Origin: an uncultured Bifidobacteriaceae bacterium
GTDB lineage: Bacteria > Verrucomicrobiota > Verrucomicrobiia > Limisphaerales > UBA11358
Length of the DNA stretch: 64,000 bases
Direction of reading: 5' to 3'
NCBI GenBank assembly: GCA_964532525.1
Contig: CAZHIM010000006.1
Span: 46,309 to 110,308 of the forward strand
The notes under the pieces were generated by a model. That model did not search any database and was not told the DNA's origin. It saw nothing but the letters and a program-made list of their open reading frames with translations. A program made the translations under genes and the position numbers. Positions 49,467 through 60,766 of this stretch are shown in pieces. Each line of letters starts with the position of its first letter. The first letter of the stretch is position 1.

Positions 49467-49862
49467 ATGGAAATAAAACGAAATGGCTCACAGCCATCCC
49501 AAAAAGGCCCGGCTGACTGGTTCACCGGCACGGTGCGTGTTGACTCACCGTTCAAGGGGAGCGATGCCGCGCGGGTCAGCGGCGCAATCGTCACCTTTGA
49601 ACCCGGTGCCCGCACCGCGTGGCACACGCATCCGCTGGGGCAAACGCTCATCGTGACCGCCGGCTGTGGACGCGTGCAGCGCGCAGGCGGACCAATTGAA
49701 TCAATTCATCCCGGAGATATTGTCTGGTTTCCGCCCGGCGAAAAACATTGGCATGGCGCCGCCCCCACCACGGCCATGACGCACATCGCCATTGCGGAGT
49801 TGCTCGACGGCAAGGCCGTGGACTGGATGGAAAAGGTCACGGACGAACAATACGGCGCTTGA
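49467..49862 (+). CDS. cupin domain protein
   Basis: 131 aa with the cupin motifs [15 protein letters not shown] and [10 protein letters not shown]. Confidence 0.8.
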   Translation: MEIKRNGSQPSQKGPADWFTGTVRVDSPFKGSDAARVSGAIVTFEPGARTAWHTHPLGQTLIVTAGCGRVQRAGGPIESIHPGDIVWFPPGEKHWHGAAPTTAMTHIAIAELLDGKAVDWMEKVTDEQYGA

Positions 49863-49918
49863 GCGGTGCCTTCGCCGCCTTTCGCGCAGGCTTTCCTTGC
49901 TTTAAACTGTCGAACTAA

Positions 49919-50509
49919 ATGAAAATACTAATTATCAACGCTCACCTCACGTATCCCGGATGGTCTGAGGGCAAACTGAACCTTGCCTTCATGGAGCTTG
50001 CGAAGGCGTTTTTCGTGAAACGCGGGCACCAGGTCGCCGAGACTTTTATCGAGCGGGGCTATAAACCAGAAGAAGAGGTGAACAAACACCTTGCCGCCGA
50101 CATGGTCATCCTCCAGACGCCAGTGAACTGGTTCTCTGCACCCTGGATTTACAAAAAATACGTGGACGAGGTCTTCAATGTCGGCCTGTCCACAAAGATC
50201 CTGCTCGAAGGCGATGGTCGCACGCGCAAGGATCCCAGCCGGCAGTATGGCACGGGCGGGAAAATGCAGGGGAGGAAATTCATGATCTCCGCGACCTGGA
50301 ATGCGCCGAGAGAAGCTTTCGATAACCCCAACGGCAAATTATACGGTGGCAAGGGGACGGCCGACCTGTTCCTCCACATCACTTCCAACTACAAATTCTG
50401 CGGCTACGACATTCTGCCGGCTTTTGGGATTTTCGATATTTTCAAGAACCCGGACGTCCCGCGTGCACTGGAAGATTACAAGCGGCATTTGGAGAAGCAC
50501 TGTCTCTGA
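49919..50509 (+). CDS. mdaB: NAD(P)H:quinone oxidoreductase, MdaB-like flavodoxin-fold protein
   Basis: Colinear with E. coli MdaB as I remember it: ILIINA, QTPVNWFSAPWIYKKYVDEVF, DGRTRKDPSRQYGTGGKMQGRKFM, TWNAP. Confidence 0.75.
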   Translation: MKILIINAHLTYPGWSEGKLNLAFMELAKAFFVKRGHQVAETFIERGYKPEEEVNKHLAADMVILQTPVNWFSAPWIYKKYVDEVFNVGLSTKILLEGDGRTRKDPSRQYGTGGKMQGRKFMISATWNAPREAFDNPNGKLYGGKGTADLFLHITSNYKFCGYDILPAFGIFDIFKNPDVPRALEDYKRHLEKHCL

Positions 50510-50556
50510 TCGGTTTCATAGGGAACATCTCTTACCCTCAGTAAACGCCAAACATC

Positions 50557-51369
50557 ATGAAAACAATTCACCTCACCAAGAACGCCGTCAGGAACCACGA
50601 GGAGCTGTTCCCAAATTACGAATCCAAACTGCAAAAGACGGACCCGGAATTCATCGCGCTGTTCGACAACTGGGCGTTCGACGAAGTCATCCGCCAGAGC
50701 CGGTTGGACACCAAAACCCGGGTGATGATGATTCTGGCGTCAACCATCGCTTCGCAGGCGCTCGGCGAATACAAGGTCATGGTCGGCGCGGCGCTCAACG
50801 TCGGCCTGACGCCGGTGGTGATCAAAGAGATTCTGTATCAGTCCGCGCCCTACGTCGGCGTGGCGAAGGTTTTCGACTTCTTGCACGCCACCAACGCTGT
50901 CTTCCAAGAAAAGGGAATTGGACTTCCCCTGGAAGGCCAGTCCACCACCACGCCCGAGACACGCTTTGAGAAGGGAGTCGCGGCGCAGAAGGCAATCTTT
51001 GGCGAGGCAATTGATAAGATGCGGCAGCAGGCACCCCAGGACCAGTTGCATATCCAGGACTTTCTCGCAGCCAACTGCTTTGGCGATTATTACACTCGCA
51101 ACGGGATTGATCTCAAAACGCGGGAACTGCTGACGTTTGCCATGCTGATCTCGCTCGGCGGCTGCGAGCCGCAGGTCAAGGGCCATGTGACCGGCAATCT
51201 CAAGGTTGGCAACGACCGCGCACGGTTGATTGACGTTGTCACCCAATTGCTGCCATACATTGGCTATCCTCGCACACTCAACGCGCTGCGGGTCATAGAT
51301 GAAGTCGTCCCGGCCAAGAACCCGGCCAGTGCCGCGCACCGACCATTAAAACAAAAAAACCCACTATGA
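50557..51369 (+). CDS. carboxymuconolactone decarboxylase (CMD/AhpD-like) family protein, two-domain
   Basis: Two CMD-like halves (LDTKTRVMMILASTIA..., LKTRELLTFAMLISLGGCEPQVKGHV). Confidence 0.7.
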   Translation: MKTIHLTKNAVRNHEELFPNYESKLQKTDPEFIALFDNWAFDEVIRQSRLDTKTRVMMILASTIASQALGEYKVMVGAALNVGLTPVVIKEILYQSAPYVGVAKVFDFLHATNAVFQEKGIGLPLEGQSTTTPETRFEKGVAAQKAIFGEAIDKMRQQAPQDQLHIQDFLAANCFGDYYTRNGIDLKTRELLTFAMLISLGGCEPQVKGHVTGNLKVGNDRARLIDVVTQLLPYIGYPRTLNALRVIDEVVPAKNPASAAHRPLKQKNPL

Positions 51370-52208
51370 AACAACGCACCTGGTTTATCACCGGAGTCAG
51401 CAGCGGCTTTGGCCGTCAACTCACCGAGCAACTCTTGCATCGCGGCGACCGCGTAATCGGCACCGTTCGCGACACCAAGAAAATCACCGATTTGATCGAG
51501 CGTTATCCGCAGACTTTCCACGCGGAACTGCTTGAAATGACCGACCCGGCGGCAATTCATGCGGTGGTCGAACGCTCGTTCGCGCAGCACGGGCGGATTG
51601 ACGTGCTCATCAGCAACGCCGGTTACGGCTTGTTCGGCGCGGCCGAGGAACTCACCGACGAGCAAGTCGAACACCTCGTGGCCACCAATCTGGTCGGCCC
51701 CATCCACTTCATCCGCGCGGCGCTGCCGCACCTGCGCGCCCAGGGCGGCGGACGGGTCATTCAGATTTCCTCCTACGGCGGGCAGGTCGCCTTCCCGGGA
51801 AACTCGCTTTACCACGCCTCCAAATGGGGCATTGAAGGGTTCGTGGAATCCATCGCGCAGGAAGTCGCGGCTTTCGGCATCGGCATGACCATCGTCGAGC
51901 CCGGCGGCGCGCGCACCGAGTTCCGCTACGGCAGCGCACAGGTCGCGAAACTCACGTCCACCTACGACCAGACTCCCGCCCATGGTTTCTTGCGGATGTT
52001 GGATCCCAAAAACGGACTGGCTCCCGGTGACCCGGCCCGAATGGCGGCGCGCATTATCGAGAGCGTTGACGTCGAGCCTGCGCCGCTGCGCATGGTGCTC
52101 GGCTCACAGGCGCTGGAGGGCACCCTGGCGACTCTGCGCAAACGGATCGCCGGCTTCGAAGCCCAGACTGAACTCGCCGCTTCGACGGACTTCCCGCCTG
52201 GAGCGTGA
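51366..52208 (+). CDS. short-chain dehydrogenase/reductase (SDR)
   Basis: FITGVSSGFG, NAGYG, and YHASK (YxxxK) after the SSYGG serine. ATGA overlap with the preceding gene. Confidence 0.85.
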   Translation: MKQRTWFITGVSSGFGRQLTEQLLHRGDRVIGTVRDTKKITDLIERYPQTFHAELLEMTDPAAIHAVVERSFAQHGRIDVLISNAGYGLFGAAEELTDEQVEHLVATNLVGPIHFIRAALPHLRAQGGGRVIQISSYGGQVAFPGNSLYHASKWGIEGFVESIAQEVAAFGIGMTIVEPGGARTEFRYGSAQVAKLTSTYDQTPAHGFLRMLDPKNGLAPGDPARMAARIIESVDVEPAPLRMVLGSQALEGTLATLRKRIAGFEAQTELAASTDFPPGA

Positions 52209-52359
52209 CGGCGCAAGTTATCAGGCCGTGTTCGCACTGGAGCGCCAAGCGGATACCCCGCGCGGGCGAGCCCAGATGTGCGCCCACCATCAATCCATCC
52301 GGCGGGCTGCATGGTCGTGGCGACGGTGGTTCCGTCGCGCAGGCATGGCGGCCCGGCGG

Positions 52360-55300
52360 TCACGACGGTTTGCCCCGGGCCGCTCGGAATAGTCCCGCCA
52401 GCCCGCCCAGGGCGGCCGGAGGCTTCACCCGGCGTTGGGCGGCCCGATCCAGAATCTGTTGGATATGCACCTCCACCTGTGTGATGAACGACGGCCCAAC
52501 CGCGTAACCGTCACTCTCGTAGGTCAGGATGGGCATGCCTTGCTGGATGCTGAGCGGCTTGAGCACGGCTTCGGAGATGCGGTAGGGCAGACAATTGAAG
52601 GGCCCAATGACGATCAGTCCTTCGTAACCCTGGTCGGCGGCCTCCAGTCCCTTGCCGATGGTCGGAATCACTTCACCGTAAAGCGCCGGCGAGACATGTT
52701 CGGAAGCCTTTTCAAATTGCAAAGGAATCTGGTTGGTGTCGCCCACCAGCAGGCCGGTTTTGCGGAAAAGATTGCGGTAATAGACGTCCGCCTTGCTTTC
52801 CGCCTGGTAACTCAACCAGTGCTGCAAATACTCCTTTCCGTCTGGCTGGAACATCCGGGTGCAAGCCTTGGCAAAGGCCCCGGCTCCGGGTTTCATCCCC
52901 CAGTCATGGGCGGCGCCAGCCACCCCTTGATAGGCCGCGTACAGCAGCAGATCGCTCACGTCCACCGGTTTGAGAATGATCCCGCGCTGGGCGTAAAGCT
53001 CCGTGATGCCTTCCATGAAAAACGGACTGAACCGCGTGAAAAAATCCCCCGTGACCGCCACCCGCGGGCAGCCCAGCGGATCTCGCGTGCGCGGCAGCGC
53101 CGTCAATTGATCAATGAATGCCGGAAGTTGCGCCTGAAACTGGCCATAGGTGCCCGTGGTGGCCGCCAATTGCTCCCACGCCCGCACCAGATGCTTGCCG
53201 CTGCCATTGACACCCACGACGCGGAGGACGTGCTCGATTTCCACGAGCATGTCCGCCACGGGCACCGCCGCGGACAAATTCCGCGTCAAGTCGGGCAGGC
53301 CGAAGCCGCAATAGGCGTTGTCCTCCCGCAGATCAAACATGAAAACGTCCGGCAACTGGTGCTCGGTAATGAATCGTTCAAAGTAGTCCATGTAGGAATC
53401 CACCACGCAAGGCGCGCCGCCCCGCACCATGAAAAACCCCAGGATCTCGCCGGGCTGGCGGCGATCAATGGCTTGTAGCAATTGCCCCAGGCAGATCGGC
53501 AGGGGCAGGCACTCGCGGCCCGAAGTGTGTTGCAGACCGCGATCAATCTGGCTGCGCTCCAATGGCATCACCTCCGCCGGATGCAACCCCAGCCAGCGCG
53601 CCACCATCGCCAAAGCCTGCGTGTGAATCTGCGAAAAGTTGGGAATGACAATGCGCACGCGCGGATCGGTGATCGCCACCGTTTCGCCGCTCGACCGGAC
53701 GACGTAGCCGCCGGAGGCCAGCCGGCACGGAATAAAGGACCGGGCCCGCGTCGTTTCTCCGGCCTGATGATTCCGGATAATGTCGAGAAACGCCTCCAAG
53801 CGCGTCTGCACGCCCGCGTCGGCCGTGTGGGCGTCAATCTCCAGAATCAGATGGGGTTTCGAGCCCAGCTCGGAACTCAGCCTCGCCTGGGTAAAGGCGT
53901 CAATGGTGCAGCTAAAATTGCTCACGCACAGCAGGAAGAGGTTGGGGTATTCGCGGGCGAGGGCGGTGGCATTGAGAATCTGATTTGCAAAATGCCACGC
54001 AGTCGGCCCTTTCCCCACGGGTGCCAGGCAGTCCGCGGGAATCACCGTGATGCCCATGCTGGAAAGTTTTCTGCCAACCGATTGCGACGCCTCCGGGGTG
54101 AACGCATTGTAGCTGTGGCCGGCGAGCAGGATCGCCGGTTTTCCCTCCGCGATGGCTTGCGCCAAGGCCGCCTGGCCCAACTGACGCAGCGCGCTTTCCA
54201 CTTCCGTCTGGGCGCGCACCGCCGCCGCCCACGCCTGTTCCGCAAGCACACGCGGCGTTCCCAAATCCCGCACGGCCATCTCGACCAGCGCCAGACAGGG
54301 CGCGTAGCCGCGGGTGAAATCCAGCACCGGAGACAAGAAACGGATTTGCGGAAACGCCTTCGCCAGAAAATACGGGCCAGCCTGGGTGATCGGACACAAA
54401 TAGGAATCCCGGCATTCGCCGGCCTGCGGCATCCGCGTGACATGCGGCAGAAAAACCAGATCCAAGCCGCGCCGGGCCAGATCCATGACCGCGCCGTGCG
54501 CAATTTGCGCCGGAAAGCAAAAGCCGGAGTTCGATTTCAATTCGCCCCGCGGGTCCACTTCGGACAACACCAAGTCCAGGCCTAGTCCGTCAAAGAACGT
54601 CGCATACAGCGGGTGCAGCGAGTGCGTGGTCAGCGCCCGGGGCAGGCCGATGCGCCGCCGGCCGCCATTGGGTTTGTCCTGGGCGCCATCGAAGAGCAAC
54701 CCGGCCCGCCGCTCCACCAGATCGGCCGCGGCCGCCGTGCGGGCCTTTCGTTTCCACACATTCTCGTACAAGCTGCAGCGGCCGCCAAACGGGAATCGCC
54801 GGCCCGCAACCTCGAACCGGTCAATGCTGCAATACAGCTTGCACGCCCGGCAGGTGAACCGGCTGACGAGCTTCATTTCCGGCGCCGCCAGATTCAGCAA
54901 CTCCATCGCGCTCGACGGGGTCGCAGCCGGCCCCGATGGCAGCTTCGTCCGGTCGAGCGCCAGCAACGCCGCCCCCAGCGCGCCGAGCAATTCCGGATGC
55001 GGCGGAATGACGACCGGCCGGCCCGCATAATGGGCAAAGGCATGGCCGAGCGCGCGGTTCAGCGCCACCCCGCCTTGCAGGAAAACCTTTTTGCCCACCG
55101 GCCGTTGTCCTTTGACCTTGGTGAGATAATTGGCGGCGATGGCATAAACCAGCCCGGCGACAATGTTTTCCCGGGAATGACCTTCCTGCTGGGCCAGGCG
55201 AATATCCGAGTTGATGAAGGCCGCGCACGTCGCTTTGAATTGCACGGGGGCCGGTGCCGTCAAGGCGATGTCCGCAATGTCCGTGACGGCGATGCCCAGA

Positions 55301-56571
55301 TCGCCCAGCGCGCTTTCTTCCAGAAACGAGCCGGTGCCGGCGGAACACGCGTTGTTCATGGCGTAGTCAATCGGCACGCCGTTGCGGAGACGAATGTATT
55401 TTGCGTCTTGGCCGCCAATCTCAAAAATCGTGTCCACGTCGGGGGCGAAATGGCTGGCCCCGGCGGCCTGCGCCGAGATTTCGTTAAAGACGTATTCCGT
55501 GCCCAGATAGGCGCCCACCAACTCCCGCGCGGAACCCGTGGTGGCGGCCAGACCCACCCGCCGGTTGCCCGCTTGCTTCACCAGGGCGTGGAGACACTCG
55601 CGCGCCGCCGCCACGGGATCGCCCTGTGTGCGCGTGTAATGCGCGGCCACCACCACGCGGGTCGCCGGGTCGAGCAGCACCGCCTTGGTGGTGGTGGATC
55701 CCGCATCCAAACCCAGCGCCAGCGCCCCGGCCGGCGCCGCCGGCCGGGGCGGCGCGGCGATGACTTGCACGAGCCCGGCGTGGGTACTGAGCGGCGGAAG
55801 TTGACCAAGTCCCGGCTGAACCGAAAGCCGGGGCGTCTGATAAAGCGGCTGATCCCGCGTCAACCAGGCGCTGCCCCACGCCTCAAACCAGGGGCTTTCC
55901 GGCCGCACCACGAACTCCGTGCCGGGCTGCTGCCGGCGCAACGCCGCCAGCATGGCCGCATTGCGGGTCATGCCGCCGATTAACAGCACCCGCTTGCAAT
56001 CGCGCTGGCCTTTCTCCAAAAGCGCGATCACCTTGCCGGCCATGCTGTCGTGCAGCGTATGCAAAATATCTTCCGGCGTGGCCTCCTTCCGGTTGAGCTT
56101 GTGGGTGATGTCGGATTTGCAGTGCACCGAGCAGCGGGACGCCAGCGGCACCACCCGGCCCGCAAACGAACGCCGGATCGCCTCCTCCAGGCTCAGTCCC
56201 ATCCGGCCAATCTGCTGCACAAAAAACTCGCCGCTGCCGGCGGCGCATTTGTTGTGGGAAATCACATTGCTGATTCTCTTATTGGTGATCAGGTAAACCA
56301 GGAACGACTCTCCGCCCAACGAAACCACGGCGTCGAAATTTTCAGGGAGCTCGCGCAACGCCCGTTGAATGGCCGCCACTTCCGAAAGGTGCCCCAGATG
56401 CCCGGACACGCCAAAGAAATGGCCGCCCCGGAAGCCGGCTTCCGCGAGCATGGTTTTGAGAACCTCCAACGGCCGGCCCAGATGCGGCCGGACTTGGGCC
56501 ACCGGGTCGTCACCGCGCAACATCACCACTTTCACGGTGAGCGCGCCGATGTTTATCCCCACGCAGGCCAT
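52360..56571 (-). CDS. acyl-CoA dehydratase activase-related giant protein (two BadF/BadG/BcrA/BcrD-type ATPase domains plus dehydratase-D-component-like domains)
   Basis: 1403 aa. Two actin-fold ATPase units (GINIGALTVKVV...NKCAAGSGEFF and GLDAGSTTTKAVL...NNACSAGTGSFLEE). Downstream are Cys-rich and DUF2229-like regions typical of CoA-substrate-specific enzyme activase fusions. Confidence 0.8.
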   Translation of the reverse strand: MACVGINIGALTVKVVMLRGDDPVAQVRPHLGRPLEVLKTMLAEAGFRGGHFFGVSGHLGHLSEVAAIQRALRELPENFDAVVSLGGESFLVYLITNKRISNVISHNKCAAGSGEFFVQQIGRMGLSLEEAIRRSFAGRVVPLASRCSVHCKSDITHKLNRKEATPEDILHTLHDSMAGKVIALLEKGQRDCKRVLLIGGMTRNAAMLAALRRQQPGTEFVVRPESPWFEAWGSAWLTRDQPLYQTPRLSVQPGLGQLPPLSTHAGLVQVIAAPPRPAAPAGALALGLDAGSTTTKAVLLDPATRVVVAAHYTRTQGDPVAAARECLHALVKQAGNRRVGLAATTGSARELVGAYLGTEYVFNEISAQAAGASHFAPDVDTIFEIGGQDAKYIRLRNGVPIDYAMNNACSAGTGSFLEESALGDLGIAVTDIADIALTAPAPVQFKATCAAFINSDIRLAQQEGHSRENIVAGLVYAIAANYLTKVKGQRPVGKKVFLQGGVALNRALGHAFAHYAGRPVVIPPHPELLGALGAALLALDRTKLPSGPAATPSSAMELLNLAAPEMKLVSRFTCRACKLYCSIDRFEVAGRRFPFGGRCSLYENVWKRKARTAAAADLVERRAGLLFDGAQDKPNGGRRRIGLPRALTTHSLHPLYATFFDGLGLDLVLSEVDPRGELKSNSGFCFPAQIAHGAVMDLARRGLDLVFLPHVTRMPQAGECRDSYLCPITQAGPYFLAKAFPQIRFLSPVLDFTRGYAPCLALVEMAVRDLGTPRVLAEQAWAAAVRAQTEVESALRQLGQAALAQAIAEGKPAILLAGHSYNAFTPEASQSVGRKLSSMGITVIPADCLAPVGKGPTAWHFANQILNATALAREYPNLFLLCVSNFSCTIDAFTQARLSSELGSKPHLILEIDAHTADAGVQTRLEAFLDIIRNHQAGETTRARSFIPCRLASGGYVVRSSGETVAITDPRVRIVIPNFSQIHTQALAMVARWLGLHPAEVMPLERSQIDRGLQHTSGRECLPLPICLGQLLQAIDRRQPGEILGFFMVRGGAPCVVDSYMDYFERFITEHQLPDVFMFDLREDNAYCGFGLPDLTRNLSAAVPVADMLVEIEHVLRVVGVNGSGKHLVRAWEQLAATTGTYGQFQAQLPAFIDQLTALPRTRDPLGCPRVAVTGDFFTRFSPFFMEGITELYAQRGIILKPVDVSDLLLYAAYQGVAGAAHDWGMKPGAGAFAKACTRMFQPDGKEYLQHWLSYQAESKADVYYRNLFRKTGLLVGDTNQIPLQFEKASEHVSPALYGEVIPTIGKGLEAADQGYEGLIVIGPFNCLPYRISEAVLKPLSIQQGMPILTYESDGYAVGPSFITQVEVHIQQILDRAAQRRVKPPAALGGLAGLFRAARGKPS

Positions 56572-56773
56572 CGCGTTTTCTTTTGGCTGCCCCTGGTCCG
56601 GAACGGAGGAGGCGTTGTTTCTGATGGTCCAACCTAAGCCCGGAAATCACCGGTGTCCAAGACTGATTGGCGGAAAAATTCCACCGGACACTCGGTGGCG
56701 GCTGGAAGCGAAGCTCCGGCCGGCCTTGGCTGCCGCCAACCAACCTGGCGCCGTGTCCCTCAATGCCAAACCT

Positions 56774-59143
56774 CTATTTTGGAACGCTCCATTTCCAGTC
56801 GCGGATTTCCGGCATGTCTTCCCCGTGTTTATCAATGTATTGCTTGTGCTCGATCAACTTGTCCCGGAGTTGTTGCTTCAGGTAGATGCCCGCGTCGCCG
56901 GTCTGCGGCAGGCGGTCAACGGCATCCATCACCAAATGAAAACGATCGAGATCGTTCAGCACGGTCATGTCGAATGGCGTGGTGATCGTGCCTTCCTCCT
57001 TGTAGCCGCGAACGTGGATGTTGTCGTGGTTGGTGCGGCGGTACGTCAGCTGGTGGATCAGCCACGGGTAGGCGTGGAAGGCGAAGATGACCGGCTTGTC
57101 TTTGGTGAAAAGCTCGTCGAAATCGAGATCACTCAGGCCATGCGGGTGTTCGGATTGCGGTTGCAGCCGCATCAGATCCACCACGTTGACCACCCGGATT
57201 TTCAGGCTGGGCAGGTGTTCGCGCAGGATGGCGACGGCCGCGAGCGTTTCCAGCGTGGGCACATCGCCGCAGCAGGCCATGACCACGTCCGGCGTGACAT
57301 TCTGGTCATTGCTGGCCCATTGCCAGATGCCAATGCCCTCGGTGCAGTGCTTCACCGCGGCGTCCATCGTCAGCCATTGCGGCGACGGATGTTTGCCCGC
57401 GATGACGACGTTGACGTAATGGCGGCTGCGCAGGCAATGATCCATGACTGACAGCAGGCAGTTCGCATCCGGTGGCAGATAGACCCGGACGACCGAGGCC
57501 TTTTTGTTCACGACATGATCAATGAAACCGGGGTCCTGATGCGTGAAACCGTTGTGGTCCTGGCGCCAGACGTGCGAGGCCAGCAGATAGTTCAGCGAAG
57601 CGATCTTTTGCCGCCAAGGCAGATGCGAGGTGATCTTGAGCCACTTGGCGTGCTGGTTGAACATCGAGTCCACGATGTGGATGAACGCTTCATAACAGTT
57701 GAACAAGCCATGCCGGCCGGTGAGGAGATAACCTTCCAACCAGCCTTCGCATTGATGTTCGCTCAGCATCTCCATCACGCGTCCGGCCGGCGCAAGAAAT
57801 TCATCGTTGGGCACGGTCGCGGCGTCCCATTGTCGTTTGGTGACTTCAAACAAAGCTTCCAGGCCATTGGAGAGGGTTTCGTCCGGGCCAAAGACCCGGA
57901 AGTTCCGCTGGCTTTGATTCAACTTGGCCACATCGCGCAAAAAGGGGCCAAGCACATGCGTGTCGCCGATGCCGCGAGCCCCCGGCGCCGGCACGGCTTC
58001 CGCGTAATCGCGGAAATCCGGCATGCGCAGATCCCGGAGCAACCTGCCGCCGTTGGCATGCGGATTCGCGCCCATGCGCCGGTCGCCGGTTGGCGCCAGT
58101 TCAGCCAGCTCTGGCTTCAACCGGCCTGAATCTTCAAAAAGTTCTTCCGGCCGGTAGCTTTTCAGCCAATCCTCCAATAATTTGAGATGTTCGGGATGGG
58201 TGGCCGGGTCGGAGAGCGGCACTTGGTGCGCCCGGAAGGTGCCTTCCACTTGCAGGCCGTCCACGACCTTCGGCCCCGTCCAGCCCTTGGGCGAATTGAG
58301 CACGATCATCGGCCAGCGCGGGCGCGTCGGGTTGCCGTTCACGCGGGCATCGTGCTGGATTCTTTTGATCTCCTCCACCGCCGCATCCAGGGTCGCGGCC
58401 ATGGCCTCGTGCATCAGCGCCGGTTCGTGGCCTTCCACGAAGTAAGGCGTCCAGCCGTAGCCGCGCAATAATTGCTCCAATTCCTCGCGGGTGATCCGGG
58501 CGAGCACGGTGGGGTTGGAAATCTTGTAGCCGTTGAGATGCAGGATGGGCAGCACCGCGCCGTCGGTGACCGGATCGAGAAATTTGTTGGAATGCCACGC
58601 CGTCGCCAGCGGCCCGGTTTCCGCCTCGCCATCGCCCACCACGCAGGCCACGACGAGCTCCGGGTTGTCGAAGACCGCCCCGAACGAATGACTCAGCGAG
58701 TAGCCCAGCTCGCCGCCTTCGTGAATCGAGCCCGGACATTCCGGCGACGCATGGCTGGGAATGCCGCCGGGAAACGAAAATTGGATAAAGAGCTTCCGCA
58801 GCCCGGCTTCGTCCTGGCTGATGTCGGGATAGATTTCGCTGTAAGTGCCTTCGAGATACGTATTGCCCACCACGGCCGGGCCGCCGTGGCCGGGACCGGA
58901 AACGTAAATCATGTCGAGGTCATATTCTTTGATGACCCGGTTCAGGTGGGCGTAAATGAAATTCTGCCCGGGCGTGGTGCCCCAATGCCCCAGCAGCATG
59001 TGCTTCACGTCCGCCAGCGCCAGCGGCCGCTTCAACAGCGGATTGTCGTAAAGATAAATCTGGCCGACTGACAGATAATTGGCGGCGCGCCAATAGGCGT
59101 CCATCTTTTGCAGCAGCTCCGGGGTCAGCGTGTTGGTTTTCAT
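56774..59143 (-). CDS. xfp: phosphoketolase (xylulose-5-P/fructose-6-P)
   Basis: [51 protein letters not shown], with the full-length 789-aa phosphoketolase layout. Confidence 0.95.
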   Translation of the reverse strand: MKTNTLTPELLQKMDAYWRAANYLSVGQIYLYDNPLLKRPLALADVKHMLLGHWGTTPGQNFIYAHLNRVIKEYDLDMIYVSGPGHGGPAVVGNTYLEGTYSEIYPDISQDEAGLRKLFIQFSFPGGIPSHASPECPGSIHEGGELGYSLSHSFGAVFDNPELVVACVVGDGEAETGPLATAWHSNKFLDPVTDGAVLPILHLNGYKISNPTVLARITREELEQLLRGYGWTPYFVEGHEPALMHEAMAATLDAAVEEIKRIQHDARVNGNPTRPRWPMIVLNSPKGWTGPKVVDGLQVEGTFRAHQVPLSDPATHPEHLKLLEDWLKSYRPEELFEDSGRLKPELAELAPTGDRRMGANPHANGGRLLRDLRMPDFRDYAEAVPAPGARGIGDTHVLGPFLRDVAKLNQSQRNFRVFGPDETLSNGLEALFEVTKRQWDAATVPNDEFLAPAGRVMEMLSEHQCEGWLEGYLLTGRHGLFNCYEAFIHIVDSMFNQHAKWLKITSHLPWRQKIASLNYLLASHVWRQDHNGFTHQDPGFIDHVVNKKASVVRVYLPPDANCLLSVMDHCLRSRHYVNVVIAGKHPSPQWLTMDAAVKHCTEGIGIWQWASNDQNVTPDVVMACCGDVPTLETLAAVAILREHLPSLKIRVVNVVDLMRLQPQSEHPHGLSDLDFDELFTKDKPVIFAFHAYPWLIHQLTYRRTNHDNIHVRGYKEEGTITTPFDMTVLNDLDRFHLVMDAVDRLPQTGDAGIYLKQQLRDKLIEHKQYIDKHGEDMPEIRDWKWSVPK

Positions 59144-59174
59144 AAGTCAATTTGGTTGGAGAGAGGATTACTTT

Positions 59175-60350
59175 TCAGGTTGCACCATGAGGCAAAGTTG
59201 CCCGGGCAATCATCAGCTCTTCGTCGGTACGAATGACGCGAACCTTCACCCGGCTGGTGTCGGCCGAAATCACCGCCGCGTTTTCCGCGTTCCGCGGCCC
59301 GTTCAGTTCAATGCCCAGAAAGCCAAGCCCGTCACAGATGCGGGCGCGAATGGGCGGACAGTTTTCCCCAATGCCGGCGGAGAAAACCAGCGTGTCCACG
59401 CCGCCGAGCGCGGCGGCGAATGCGCCAATCCACTTCTTCGTCTGATAACAAAACAGGGCCACCGCTTCCGCCGCCCGCACGTCCTTGGATTCCTGCGCCA
59501 GCAGATCGCGCATGTCGGAGCTGGTTTCCGAAACCCCCAGCAGTCCCGACTCGTGGTTGACCATGTGATAAAATTGTTGGTTGGTCATTTGCTCCGTTCG
59601 CGCGAGATACGGCGCGAGGCCGGGATCCAAATCGCCCGTGCGGGTGCTCATCACCAATCCGGCTGTCGGCGTGAAGCCCATGCTGGTATCCATGCTTTTG
59701 CCGTCGCGCACCGCCGCCAGGCTCGCGCCGTTGCCGAGATGCGCCAGGATGATGCGGCCGGTGGTGGCCGCCGGGTCGCCCAGGCGCGCGAGCTCCGCCA
59801 TCAGATAGGCATAGGACAAGCCGTGAAAACCGTAGCGCTGGACGCCCTTGGCGTCGAACCGGCGGGGCAGGGGCAGCAGCTTGGCCACCCGCGGCATGCT
59901 CTGGTGAAAAGCCGTGTCAAAGCACGCCACCTGCGGCAGTTTCGAATGCCGCTGACGGAACACCTCGATCAGTTCAATCTCGCGCGGCAGATGGTCCGGG
60001 TCGTAGGGGCGGAGGCGGTGAAGTTCATCCAGCAAATCCTGGGTCACCACTTCGGGCTGAATGTGTTTCATCCCGTGGACCACCCGGTGTCCAATCGCCT
60101 TGACCGAAGCGAAATCGGGCCGGCCTTCGAGCCAATCGATCAGGAAATTCGCCGCGGATCGGTGATCGGCGGCGGCCAGACTGAGGCTCTCGGCCTGCGG
60201 CTTCGCCGCCTCATTAAAGGTGAGGTTTGTCCCGCTCAACCCGATGCGGTCCAAATTCCCATGCAGCCCGCGCCGGGGCGGTTCGGCCGCCTCATAGAGC
60301 GCGAACTTGATGCTCGAGGATCCGCCATTGATGATCAGGACGGAGTGCAT
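59175..60350 (-). CDS. ackA: acetate kinase
   Basis: VLIINGGSSSIKFALY, HRVVHG, RYGFHGLSY, AHLGNGAS, GLLGVSETSSDMRDL, FSAGIGEN. Confidence 0.95.
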   Translation of the reverse strand: MHSVLIINGGSSSIKFALYEAAEPPRRGLHGNLDRIGLSGTNLTFNEAAKPQAESLSLAAADHRSAANFLIDWLEGRPDFASVKAIGHRVVHGMKHIQPEVVTQDLLDELHRLRPYDPDHLPREIELIEVFRQRHSKLPQVACFDTAFHQSMPRVAKLLPLPRRFDAKGVQRYGFHGLSYAYLMAELARLGDPAATTGRIILAHLGNGASLAAVRDGKSMDTSMGFTPTAGLVMSTRTGDLDPGLAPYLARTEQMTNQQFYHMVNHESGLLGVSETSSDMRDLLAQESKDVRAAEAVALFCYQTKKWIGAFAAALGGVDTLVFSAGIGENCPPIRARICDGLGFLGIELNGPRNAENAAVISADTSRVKVRVIRTDEELMIARATLPHGAT

Positions 60351-60766
60351 TGTCTATATTTGGATCGGGTCTCGCTTGGCCACTACGAATTATAAGTTGA
60401 ATTTCGTTTAACGGCAACTTCAAGAGGCCTTCCCGGGATGGCATGCGGGGGTTTCCTCTCGTTCCGACCGCAGAGCATCCGCTGGCGGGACTGCGAATGC
60501 CATGGGGTGAAACCCGAATCCTGTATCCTCAATCCCCCCTTTTGCGGCCGCGGCTCCACCCAATCTTTATTGGCCCAATGTCTAGCACACAAATATTGCC
60601 ATCAAGAGGCCAAGCAATGGCTAGGCAGAAATCCAACAATTCTTGACAAGGTCTCGCGCAGGGTATCTATTATTCTTGGCTGATTTGCAACCGTCTTATC
60701 TCGCCTCATTTCGAGTTTCCGAGCCGCGATTCCATTCCGCCTCAAGAGAGTGTCCAGGCAAAGTCT

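Noticed and set aside
53482-55983. Plus-strand ORFs of 367 and 456 aa inside the activase gene
   Set aside because: They are antisense shadow ORFs with Arg/Gly/Pro-rich composition.
60351-60766. Possible cobalamin riboswitch upstream of the B12-binding radical SAM gene
   Set aside because: I could not find a B12-box-like core (AGYCMGGAGACCKGCC-type). The 416-nt region does have some local pairing potential (ggcatgc...gcgaatgcc). It is unresolved without a covariance-model scan.
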